The translations under genes were made by a program, and so were the position numbers. Shown in pieces: positions 48,401-56,606 of a stretch of 64,000 nucleotides of DNA. The stretch comes from Thermoproteota archaeon (GTDB lineage: Archaea; Asgardarchaeota; Njordarchaeia; Njordarchaeales; Panguiarchaeaceae). How positions within the stretch are numbered: position 1 is the first letter of the stretch; each line of letters opens with the position of its first letter. Below the pieces are notes generated by a model. It did no database searches and was not told the origin of the DNA. It worked only from the letters and a program-made list of their open reading frames with translations. The stretch spans positions 68,555 through 132,554 of the forward strand of contig JANJXX010000003.1 in NCBI GenBank assembly GCA_024720975.1. Direction: 5' to 3'.

Positions 48401-51400
48401 AGCCGAATCATAGACTCTAAGCCAGTATAGAATCTTCGACTTTTCCGAGATTAGTTTAGACGAATTCTCAACATCGATTACCGCAGATCTTGAGTCGGAT
48501 AACGTTACATTTGAGATGCCACTTATTCTCGCCTCAACTATAGTTGAATTGACTATAGTCACCTCTGAGGTTCTTGCTTGTATGCATTCTACTCTCGATG
48601 ATGATACTTCCATCTCGGAATTTTCAAGATCCATTACAGTTACGAAACTAGTGCTAATGCTTCCAACTGAGCTATTTAACTCAACATTTTTAGCTTTCAC
48701 ATTCTGAGCACTAAGCTCAGAGTTTTCTGCTATATATACCCTCAACAAATCCGATACATTTTCAAGAGCAACAGTACTCGTTTTCAATACTGATAGGAAT
48801 GTTAAGTTTGCACATAAAATAGTAAGCGTCGAATTTTCTGATTCTATTATCAAGAGCCTGGAATTCTCTATCCTAATTGACACGTTCTTTAGAAGGAGAC
48901 TCCAGCCTCTAACATAAGCATCTTGGAAGGTTATATTGGAATCTCCTACTGCTAGGATTCGATCATGTTTTCCAGGCATCAATTCATGCAGTATTAGATC
49001 TCTAAAATTGGCTAGTACTAACGAAACTGTAATGTTAGATGCGAAGAGAGAGGCTTTAGAAGAGTTGATATAGATATTAGCAATTATCGAACTTCGCACT
49101 GTGACGTTGCCTTTAGTGGTATAAACGCTTGTTACTGTTACATTATCTAAGTATATAGACCCGTTCCAAGATATAATGCCAAGTGCTATCGTTGAATTCA
49201 AAACGAGACAGTCAAAACCTATATGCGACAAGTTTAGGTATTCTATAAGACCTTCACGCAGATTCGATAGCTCAATTGAGCTGTCCACCGCCTTCAATAC
49301 TAGACTAAAAGTCGAGTTAGACGCATTTAAGGTATTACCTGGGACTATCTCGATGCTACTAAGCACTGTCTTGTAAATTTTTAGTGACGAATTTGACGCA
49401 ACTAATCTTGCTACCATAAGAGAATCTGTCAAATTGGCTTTAGCGTTTCTAAGGTATACGTCCATGCTACTCAGTATCGTACTATTTCTTACGGTTATAT
49501 TAGAGTTAGCAATGTCTACCCAGCCGTTCAATATCATTATTGAGTTTTCAACTATGATGGTTGAATTATCGCAGAGTAAGTCATGTATTATAACGGTTTC
49601 ATTCTTCACTAACAGGCTGCCGTTGATTATTGTCACATTCCCCTTATCAATAATGTTACCAATAGTTTTGGGTACTATAGAGAGTGTAGGATCGCCTAGT
49701 AAGACATACTCAGCAACGGTTTTCCAATCAATGTAATAGCCCGTGATAACATTCGTTATTGGATTTCCTGCAACATATTCTGCAATTGTTCGTGCCCAAA
49801 CCTGTCCAAGATTTCGCACTGATGCGTCGAATACGTTCTTTATTGTTCTCCAGAAGATCTCACCCATAAGCCCAGTTGTTACTAACTCTCCTATGTATCC
49901 CCAGGCTATTTTCGTGGATCCCAAGAACGCAATAGCACCGCCATTCGGGTTTAGAACTAAAGCTTCGCCAAGGCCATCTATATCCTTAAACCATCCGGCA
50001 TCACATGAAAGTGCTATGAATATGGGATATATCTTGTTTATCTGGGCATATGCATCTCCGATGGTATACATCTGCGAGAATGTAAGAGCGAGACTGTCTG
50101 GTAAACCATGACCAGTGAACGCTATAAGATATGCTCCCTTATCGAACTCTACTCTGAAAGTTGCTCGGGTTAGGTTTCCTAGAGTCTCATAAAGCTTCAC
50201 TATTGTTGCATTCCTCACGAAGTTCTTTGAGAATTCAAGCAGGTACTCACCCTCGGGGTAACCTATTTGGAAGGTATCAGTTCCAGCGAATATGACCCTT
50301 GAGTACATAGGACTTGTAGGATAGTACTGCGCTATCTTTTCGATGACGCCGATAGCTTCAGTCAGATTACTCGCAGGTATACGCCCGATAAGCACATCTG
50401 GAATTCCATCTACCTTGTCATATCTAAGATCTCCCCAAAGACCATCTCCATTATCGTCCCAAGAGTACTGTAAATCTGCATAGTACAGATCTGTCTCCAC
50501 GAATTTACCATCTATCTCTGGATCATCGTCATAAGCACCGTCTGGTATGTATACCTCCCTGACTGGGACAACATCACTATCTCCTAGAATAATGACATAT
50601 ATAACGTTGTAGTTCTGAACAAAACTTCTTATGCAGTTTCTTATTTTCTCTGGAGAATCTCGTCCTTCGAATTCACTATATATGTCTTCTACGAATTTTA
50701 CTACAGATCTTAGACCCTCCCTGGATTTTAGACTTACTAGTTTTTCTGCAGCTGTTGATAAATGTCTTGACGTTATTATCAGTAGATCAATTGAATCTTC
50801 ACGAGCCTTCGTTGCTGGCTCTCGTACTTGGTACCTTAGATCCATGCGAATATCTTCATAGATTACTACTTGATTTTTGTCCAATAGTCTTAAGGGATAT
50901 ATGCGAATCACAAGATACGTTGTTCTCTCCAAAGTTGCTGGGTCTATACCGCGATAAATGTTCACCGTGTAAAGTGGAAAGTCTGCTTTGGGGTATGGTC
51001 TCACCAATCTGAGATCTCCAGCAGTTGAAGCTAGTGCTATTGGGTAATTACCGCTACTGTATCCATATAGGTATCTTTTTGAAATAGGCTCCAAGAACAC
51101 TCTCACATTTTCTGCATTGTAAGGCAATTTTATTATTGTAATATTGACCGGAAGTAAATTGCCCTCCACCGGCAGAATCTTAGTGTTCGAAATAGAAGGT
51201 ATGGCTCCGGTAGACCAAGTATCATCAAGCAACCTAAATCTCAGATGAATAGACATTTTAAGTGTCTTGTCGGGGTTCGTTATTAATTGATTGAGAATTC
51301 TACTTTCCTTGATGTAATTTGGATCCTGGTAATCATTCATAATATTTGCGGTGGCGTTATCTTTATCGAGTACGAATATCACTTGTAGTGACTGAGCAGC

Positions 51401-51457
51401 GGCCACTGGCGTCATGCTCATTAATATTACTATTGCAAGTGTGGCGTATTTATTCAT
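45491..51457 (-). CDS. Giant (1988 aa) surface-anchored peptidase C25 (gingipain-type cysteine protease) fused to a long beta-helix-like repeat stalk
   Basis: Signal peptide MNKYATLAIVILMSMTPVAAAQS. C25 core: DLLIITSRHL...YVIILGDSDVVPV...ETDLYYADL...PDVLIGRIPASNLTEA...FTGHGLPDS (His)...IFIALSCDAGWF (Cys)...GGAIAFLGST...LLGDPTLSI. About 1300 aa of short hydrophobic/N-x-S/T repeats follow. C-terminal TM ILGPFLISLIITILVTVVFVGLLFI plus KKRKMQKL. Confidence 0.88.
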   Translation of the reverse strand: MNKYATLAIVILMSMTPVAAAQSLQVIFVLDKDNATANIMNDYQDPNYIKESRILNQLITNPDKTLKMSIHLRFRLLDDTWSTGAIPSISNTKILPVEGNLLPVNITIIKLPYNAENVRVFLEPISKRYLYGYSSGNYPIALASTAGDLRLVRPYPKADFPLYTVNIYRGIDPATLERTTYLVIRIYPLRLLDKNQVVIYEDIRMDLRYQVREPATKAREDSIDLLIITSRHLSTAAEKLVSLKSREGLRSVVKFVEDIYSEFEGRDSPEKIRNCIRSFVQNYNVIYVIILGDSDVVPVREVYIPDGAYDDDPEIDGKFVETDLYYADLQYSWDDNGDGLWGDLRYDKVDGIPDVLIGRIPASNLTEAIGVIEKIAQYYPTSPMYSRVIFAGTDTFQIGYPEGEYLLEFSKNFVRNATIVKLYETLGNLTRATFRVEFDKGAYLIAFTGHGLPDSLALTFSQMYTIGDAYAQINKIYPIFIALSCDAGWFKDIDGLGEALVLNPNGGAIAFLGSTKIAWGYIGELVTTGLMGEIFWRTIKNVFDASVRNLGQVWARTIAEYVAGNPITNVITGYYIDWKTVAEYVLLGDPTLSIVPKTIGNIIDKGNVTIINGSLLVKNETVIIHDLLCDNSTIIVENSIMILNGWVDIANSNITVRNSTILSSMDVYLRNAKANLTDSLMVARLVASNSSLKIYKTVLSSIEIVPGNTLNASNSTFSLVLKAVDSSIELSNLREGLIEYLNLSHIGFDCLVLNSTIALGIISWNGSIYLDNVTVTSVYTTKGNVTVRSSIIANIYINSSKASLFASNITVSLVLANFRDLILHELMPGKHDRILAVGDSNITFQDAYVRGWSLLLKNVSIRIENSRLLIIESENSTLTILCANLTFLSVLKTSTVALENVSDLLRVYIAENSELSAQNVKAKNVELNSSVGSISTSFVTVMDLENSEMEVSSSRVECIQARTSEVTIVNSTIVEARISGISNVTLSDSRSAVIDVENSSKLISEKSKILYWLRVYDSANILARDSMIWFGLVYKLENVEIENLKPGDIHYMILVKSGGWSINLSNVYVLGWDILSYDSNIVVKSSILGWIYLFYNSRLSIESSEASLVRVTHDSSVDIVESIIDTIFASGGSKTNAYRSILNTVYVLGNAEINLNSVVFDIVAGLGNAAKARILSSYGGVVAAISGTDIFIDKSVVTIYIAISEENAVIRNLKPGYISSWNSDVLNVDESWRINVVNSHGSWILDLSLGEFTVENSLLSQLYISNATARVKNVIVSDLMGIYGSKLVIYNSKLSSITIIWGSSVAFNETTSIYTYIIESDVFMTKTTANIILGFLEGSYRLKLRPGYYENATLSEFVNASTPIKLTLVNTSITGWYAIGLGIYGRVELEIIESDVISVGIAYNGMLILENSRVYGYSEVHLEGGANVSAIIRNSATRLYLGLSQIEDVVNIDGVGAYKPISLDISKNLRIINTTILEVSIDAYRSNISIRNSKIRTMNLVESKILVENSRINEILAEGSEAYISSSYVEKARLVLCDVVLLNSNIGDFMPYLTEFSIVGSEIGLSIYIIFTEAYAQGVQPTYLYKASAPEDIPLFSRGLFIDTKISRWSFVVGEFSRLELRDSKVHKVDVSSYTSTVIIKSSTVGSVSMRYGGDIVINESKIGLNFSIVNLGLTLRNLGEGSLPKSTTTDIADRAPWNISVSQVEITMLNITVHGALVSLENLSASIILINASSSILMNNSRSLYLIVGGPSDLEISSSFVRLLNPGYGTRLYISKSQVGIVDVFVYGHVELKNILGVTKFYNEQMGYRIDAYASELIDLTILAMMFSNVTVINSQIFTLGADGFSRIWLIDTLLEYPIFAEDLSEIHILYTLTIEVLYDLREPEFAKVTIIGRDSRTYELDAPKGKCKIVLYQGIVREYERLDLGEYEIRASVGGFSASRSIYLWKPMKVTIIILGPFLISLIITILVTVVFVGLLFIKKRKMQKL

Positions 51458-52351
51458 CTAAACCACCCCCACAACTTTAAGGCTCATAAGACGTTTACGC
51501 ACATTTTCAATAATTCTTCGCCCTCGCCCTGCATTTAAAACTCCTAAGATGAAGAATATGAAGGCAAGAGTGGCAAGACCTTGGATAAATATTGAGAGCA
51601 GATCTAAAACACCACATGCAATGTACATATTTCCTCCACTCCTCATACTTTTGGCTCCTGACATAATTTCTCTCATGATATCGAGACCTATCATTCCTTC
51701 CTTAGATACTTTCTCATACCCAGCTGGGGAGGCCATAGTCATTGATCCTGTAGATATTCCATAGCCACTAAATGTTGCCATTGCCTGAATACTAGAAATC
51801 AGCTTGTTCGCAAACTCCTTTATGCTAATTCCAATAAAAATAAATGCTAAGCCTATGCAAAGGTATACTACAGCGTTTGAGGCCGTTGCATATAAATTTA
51901 AACCTAGTGATATATGTTGCAATCTACTCTGAATGTAATCAAAATCTAGAAGAGGCAGGTGCGTATTTATGTAGTCGAGTTCTGCAATATAACCCCATAG
52001 AATAAGAGCTATGATTAATTCAGCCAAACCGCTAACGAAGAAAAGTACTCCTGATGCTATATTGTACTTCTCTCGGCGTTCAATTCGAAGCGCCGAATAC
52101 AGTATGTAGAGGGTCACGATAAACCATATTACACTAGAGATTACGTTAAGCGTAAATATCTGATTTTGCGCACTAAGTATCTTTCTCATATAATACAACT
52201 CCGTATATTCAACTACACTGTAGTATATCTGAAGACTCCAACCCTGGAATACAAACATTAGAATCCATAAAGCGAATATTCCATGCTCAAAAGCTCTGCC
52301 CCTTCGTTCCTCTCTCACGCCAAGAAGCTCATCTAACTTCGAAATTTCCAT
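51458..52351 (-). CDS. Hypothetical polytopic membrane protein, translationally coupled to the C25 giant gene
   Basis: 297-aa ORF, about 7 TM. Its stop TAG (51460-51458) directly abuts the ATG at 51457, with GGGGGTGG just upstream. Confidence 0.65.
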   Translation of the reverse strand: MEISKLDELLGVREERRGRAFEHGIFALWILMFVFQGWSLQIYYSVVEYTELYYMRKILSAQNQIFTLNVISSVIWFIVTLYILYSALRIERREKYNIASGVLFFVSGLAELIIALILWGYIAELDYINTHLPLLDFDYIQSRLQHISLGLNLYATASNAVVYLCIGLAFIFIGISIKEFANKLISSIQAMATFSGYGISTGSMTMASPAGYEKVSKEGMIGLDIMREIMSGAKSMRSGGNMYIACGVLDLLSIFIQGLATLAFIFFILGVLNAGRGRRIIENVRKRLMSLKVVGVV

Positions 52352-52421
52352 GTCGAACGTCCTCTTTTAGAGCCGAGTTTAGAAATGCAAAAATGTCTAC
52401 ATAAAGCTGCATCCAACATTA

Positions 52422-53297
52422 CTACAAAGTAAAAGGAGGCCTGCTCAGTTTTATAGGCTTTCCATTAACAAAAGTTTCGATTTCAACATAATCGGAGAGA
52501 ATCCCTGCTCTGACCTTTTTCATTAATACTTCCTCTACTTGGAAAACTCCCGCTCCATCGGTCATATTAATTTCTATCCTTATTGGCTTCTGATGTCCCT
52601 TCTTTATATCAACCTCAACTATGCTCAGCGCTGACAAAGAATGTATATCGACTTTTCCAATGCTGTAGGGACGCCTGCTACGGCCAGCGGCCATATCACA
52701 ACCATCAGCAATTTTAATCACAGAACCTTCCACAGTATATGCAAACACATCTTCATCGTGGCTGTATATTGCATTTGCTACATGCGCATAGATAAGCCAC
52801 TTCTTTTCTAACGGCTCGTCTCTCCAGATTCTCCTGACGTACTTCCAAATAATCTTATTTGCTACAAGCAACGAGAAGCCATAGTGAAATTCTCTGTGAA
52901 CCATATTACCTAAGTCGTGAATAAACGCTGCCAGTGCCACAACTGCAGCAGCGTCGTCGAAAGAGCCAACATTTGACGATACAATATTTGGTTGCACATG
53001 ATCCTTGAGTAATATTAGAATCTTCAGCGCATTTCTAGTTGTTATTATTGCATGCGCACGTCCATGATCATTATACTTTAGGTACTGGACTATTATGTGA
53101 TTGGTGGCATTCTGTGCAGCTTTTATTTCTGGATCGCGGAGCATGGTCTCAATGAGGGCCATAGTCCTACTCAGACCGTTCTGCCTTGGAATATCTCTTA
53201 GCTCACTTACGATGTTCTTAATGCGCATTTTTTCTGAAATCTGAGGCTTTATTTCCAGGTAGTCGCTCATGGAATACACACTCTTACAACCAAACAA
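52422..53297 (-). CDS. HD-domain metal-dependent phosphohydrolase
   Basis: NDHGRAHA ... AAFIHDLGN ... IYSHDED ... IADGCD. Confidence 0.65.
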   Translation of the reverse strand: MFGCKSVYSMSDYLEIKPQISEKMRIKNIVSELRDIPRQNGLSRTMALIETMLRDPEIKAAQNATNHIIVQYLKYNDHGRAHAIITTRNALKILILLKDHVQPNIVSSNVGSFDDAAAVVALAAFIHDLGNMVHREFHYGFSLLVANKIIWKYVRRIWRDEPLEKKWLIYAHVANAIYSHDEDVFAYTVEGSVIKIADGCDMAAGRSRRPYSIGKVDIHSLSALSIVEVDIKKGHQKPIRIEINMTDGAGVFQVEEVLMKKVRAGILSDYVEIETFVNGKPIKLSRPPFTL

Positions 53298-53380
53298 CAG
53301 AGGTAAAAGAACGCAGGTAGTATCAAAGCGTTTTGGAGAATTTTAAAGACAATTAAAGGAGTCGAGTTAAAAATAAGAGA

Positions 53381-55246
53381 TCAAAACATATGCCATTCTT
53401 TTTCTAGTGCTATTGGGTCAGCACCCAATGCCCTGCGGATTAATTCTTTTATCTCAGTCGAAATTAAAATTGGTGGCCTCTTCAACCTGTAGCGTACCTC
53501 TCTTATAAGGCTTTCTACTTCATCTTTTCTTCCACTAAGGTCTAGCTGCACTAAGTTAGCTTTTGTTCCTTTTAGTAGCGTCTCCGCCGTGTATACTATC
53601 AGACCGATTCCTACGATCCATCCTATTATAGGTATCATCATCAAAGCCACCCCGATGAGTATTAAGACAACTCCTAGAGCTGTATTTAAGGCTGTTGGCT
53701 CCGCTTTCAGGATGCTTATCGTTTCAGTTATTGACATGTCTCCCCAACATGGATATTGTAATACTAGCCTGTCACCTCTTTTCCTGAAGAGCATTTTCGA
53801 AATCGCAGTCTTTTTATCAATACTACAATAACTTCTATATGATGATGAACTTATTATTGCTTCAGTCACATCAGTGATTTTTAGTTTAGGATTGCCCTGA
53901 AATGGACTAAATACTCTTGTTGCAATTGCGTAAAGCCTCACTGATGTGCGCATTTCCCGCTCAATAGATGGTTTCGGAAGCTCTTCCTTTACTCGCGCTT
54001 CTTCCATTGGTTTAGGCATAACGGGAATTTTAGTCTCCACACTTATTTGCTCTAATTGTTTAGCTTCTGACACTATTCCCCGCTTGCTGATTATGTCTCC
54101 AAACCCAATGAGATTTACCTGTCTTATAAACTCTCGTATTCTATTTGGATCTTTAGACTTCGAGATTGCCTCCTCAAAAGCTCGTTCAGCGGCTTTTCTT
54201 AGCAGCTCTCTAAAGCTAGCTTCTGGGAAAATATAAAGTAAGTCGGCAATTTCTCCACTTAACAGGCCCCGGCTTTTTCCCTTAAGAACGTCTGCCCAAG
54301 AATCGTGAGGCAATCTGAAGGAGTAGTGAGGTGCTCTAGCAAGGTATCTTCTAATCTTATTCAAAGTTTGGCTTCCTAACAAAACTGCTCGAGGGGGTGC
54401 CTCCTCACCTTTTATCTCTCTTCTAGCCTCAATATACACCGCATCAAACAAATCCTGGTGCATTTCATACTCGGGCATTAGTGTCATTGTCATTAATGTC
54501 AGGAGAGTTTCCAATCTATCATCAGCATCACCGACAACACTCCAGAGTATTCTATCAACATACTCAAGCATACCCTCCGGTATCTTATTAGCAAAATCGA
54601 TGTCTAAAACATTCCTACGGGAGATCACAAGATCCCTTATGACTTGCCAAATGTACACTGGAAGCCTTCCAGCCTTCTTGACAACCACATCCGCTGCTTC
54701 GGGTTTTACCTCTATACCCTCCCTACGAGCAAACCTAGATAATATCTCATTCAAATACTTCTCAGCCATTTCCTCAACTAATACTATTCTGAAAATCGAA
54801 TCCGGTTTTTCTCCAAGCTTCGATCTAAGTTCATCTAGTAACTCAATCCTAGAAGTAGCTATAAGCATTCTCGGACGGTTCTCAACAATTGATCTCAAAG
54901 ACCGGATATCCATCCCAGGAATATCATCATAAAACAAAACTATACCAGCGGATTCATGATCCCTTCTCAAAACCTCCCCATTTATAACCTTAGCCACACG
55001 ATAACCCATGTCCATGAGTCTCCTGAGAACCATAGATAATAAAGCGGTCTTCCCAGTACCAGCTTTACCAATTATTAGAACGCACTCACCTCTCTTAATG
55101 TGTTCTATTGCTTCATCCAGAGCCTTTGAGCGATTATCATCGAACACGAACTCATCGTAGATATAACTAGGTAATCTTAGGAATCCCTCCGCACCTACCA
55201 GTTGATCAGGAGAGTTTATGACTTCATAATACGACATTGTTATCAC
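53381..55246 (-). CDS. AAA+/P-loop NTPase with helical middle region and C-terminal TM hairpin
   Basis: Walker A LIIGKAGTGKTAL, Walker B IVLFYDDIPG, sensor-like LIATSR. C-terminal GVVLILIGVALMMIPIIGWIVGIGLIVY is followed by a ~70-aa tail. Confidence 0.7.
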   Translation of the reverse strand: MITMSYYEVINSPDQLVGAEGFLRLPSYIYDEFVFDDNRSKALDEAIEHIKRGECVLIIGKAGTGKTALLSMVLRRLMDMGYRVAKVINGEVLRRDHESAGIVLFYDDIPGMDIRSLRSIVENRPRMLIATSRIELLDELRSKLGEKPDSIFRIVLVEEMAEKYLNEILSRFARREGIEVKPEAADVVVKKAGRLPVYIWQVIRDLVISRRNVLDIDFANKIPEGMLEYVDRILWSVVGDADDRLETLLTLMTMTLMPEYEMHQDLFDAVYIEARREIKGEEAPPRAVLLGSQTLNKIRRYLARAPHYSFRLPHDSWADVLKGKSRGLLSGEIADLLYIFPEASFRELLRKAAERAFEEAISKSKDPNRIREFIRQVNLIGFGDIISKRGIVSEAKQLEQISVETKIPVMPKPMEEARVKEELPKPSIEREMRTSVRLYAIATRVFSPFQGNPKLKITDVTEAIISSSSYRSYCSIDKKTAISKMLFRKRGDRLVLQYPCWGDMSITETISILKAEPTALNTALGVVLILIGVALMMIPIIGWIVGIGLIVYTAETLLKGTKANLVQLDLSGRKDEVESLIREVRYRLKRPPILISTEIKELIRRALGADPIALEKEWHMF

Positions 55247-55359
55247 AATTAAAACGACTAAGATAACGTGCGGTCAATTAATTAAAATATTATTAATTGA
55301 AAAATAAATTAGCTACTATATCGAGAACAAAAACGAAGAAAAATCTCTGAGAATGATAC

Positions 55360-55692
55360 CTAACGAACACGCGAACCAAGTTTGACTGGCTTATCTATTG
55401 TCAAGACGGATACTTGTGAACCATCGTCAGCGGCGAGAAGCATTCCCTGGCTAGTTACTCCTCTAATAACTTTAGTCTCTAGATTAGCTAACACTATTAC
55501 GTACTTTCCTAGAAGTTCCTCCTTAGGATACCAAGGTTTTATACCTGCCACTAGCGTTCTTACTTCATTTCCAATATCTACTTTAAGAATATATAGCTTA
55601 TCTGCCTTAGGGTGATCAATAACTTCTGTTATTTTACCAACACGTAGTTCCAATTTTTCAAAGTCTTCGAGGGACACCACTTTCATGTGCAT
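55360..55692 (-). CDS. tRNA-binding domain protein (CsaA/Trbp111 OB-fold)
   Basis: FEKLELRVGKITEVIDHPKADKLYILKVDIGNEVRTLVAGI...GVTSQGMLLAA. The start overlaps the upstream stop (TAATG). Confidence 0.85.
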   Translation of the reverse strand: MHMKVVSLEDFEKLELRVGKITEVIDHPKADKLYILKVDIGNEVRTLVAGIKPWYPKEELLGKYVIVLANLETKVIRGVTSQGMLLAADDGSQVSVLTIDKPVKLGSRVR

Positions 55693-56333
55693 TACCCCAT
55701 AACTAAAAGCCTCTTTCTTAGATTATCGAGTATTTTTTCCCTAGCTACTGATGCATCCCACTCTCCTTTTGTGAAATACTTTTGCGTAACAGAACAAAGT
55801 CCAGCTCTAGATAAGTCCTCCAATAAGGTATTGATTATGGACTCTATAGTTTTGTCATCGAGTTTATTCAGGAGCTCAGGAGCATGTTCTTTGACCGCAT
55901 CTGCGAAGACCTCAGTTATTTTTCTAATTTCTCTTCTCTTAGCTGTATCCATAAATTCTACTAGCTTTTCTGCGATTTTCGTAATGACATCCCCTAAGGC
56001 TCTCCTCGTCACACCTGCTGCCTCCTCAGCAATTTCACTAATTGGAGGTTTAGCACTTGGTAGTGTTATACCGTACTTTTCTAGGATTCTTCTTAAGAGA
56101 TCGATATTAATCTCGTGCATAGATTTTCTTCGCTCGTCTACTGGGAGACCTAATTTCTTCACCAATGGAAAACTCAATCCTAAAGCTTCAATTTCTTTTC
56201 TAGAAAATCCTTTTCCTCTCACCAAACGTTTTACTCGGGGGCTTAAGACGAGAATTTCGTTTCTTAGTAGGATGATATCCTCATTAGAGACCCTAGGGAA
56301 TTTTCCATGTGACATTTGAGAGTCACCTATCAA
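55692..56333 (-). CDS. Ribosomal protein L13e-domain protein with ~115-aa helical C-terminal extension
   Basis: VRGKGFSRKEIEALGLSFPLVKKLGLPVDERRKSMHEINIDLLRRILEKY aligns with eukaryotic L13 ([50 protein letters not shown]). Confidence 0.6.
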   Translation of the reverse strand: MIGDSQMSHGKFPRVSNEDIILLRNEILVLSPRVKRLVRGKGFSRKEIEALGLSFPLVKKLGLPVDERRKSMHEINIDLLRRILEKYGITLPSAKPPISEIAEEAAGVTRRALGDVITKIAEKLVEFMDTAKRREIRKITEVFADAVKEHAPELLNKLDDKTIESIINTLLEDLSRAGLCSVTQKYFTKGEWDASVAREKILDNLRKRLLVMG

Positions 56334-56606
56334 AGATTCGTACCAGAGTTTAATTCCGATGAATTTGATCTATTGAGGATTATTGTATAAACTTTATAAT
56401 GGAGACCTTAAGCTAGAATGTTCTACCAACAATCACATAAGCATTATTGAGCCCCTGAACGCTCAGTACTGTGACACCAAAGTAAATAGTAAGCTCAAGA
56501 GTGTTGAAGACACTTAATCCAGAGCTACGGATCACTTTTGCGCGTGTGATGCATCTGCTTTAGGTACTGCATGCAGCGTTAGTTGCTGATGTTCTTCGTT
56601 TTTATT

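Noticed and set aside
55687-56319. 210-aa plus-strand ORF covering the same span as the minus-strand 213-aa ORF
   Set aside because: The minus-strand product carries a convincing L13e motif and overlaps its neighbour in operon fashion. The plus-strand product is Ser/Leu-rich with no motif.
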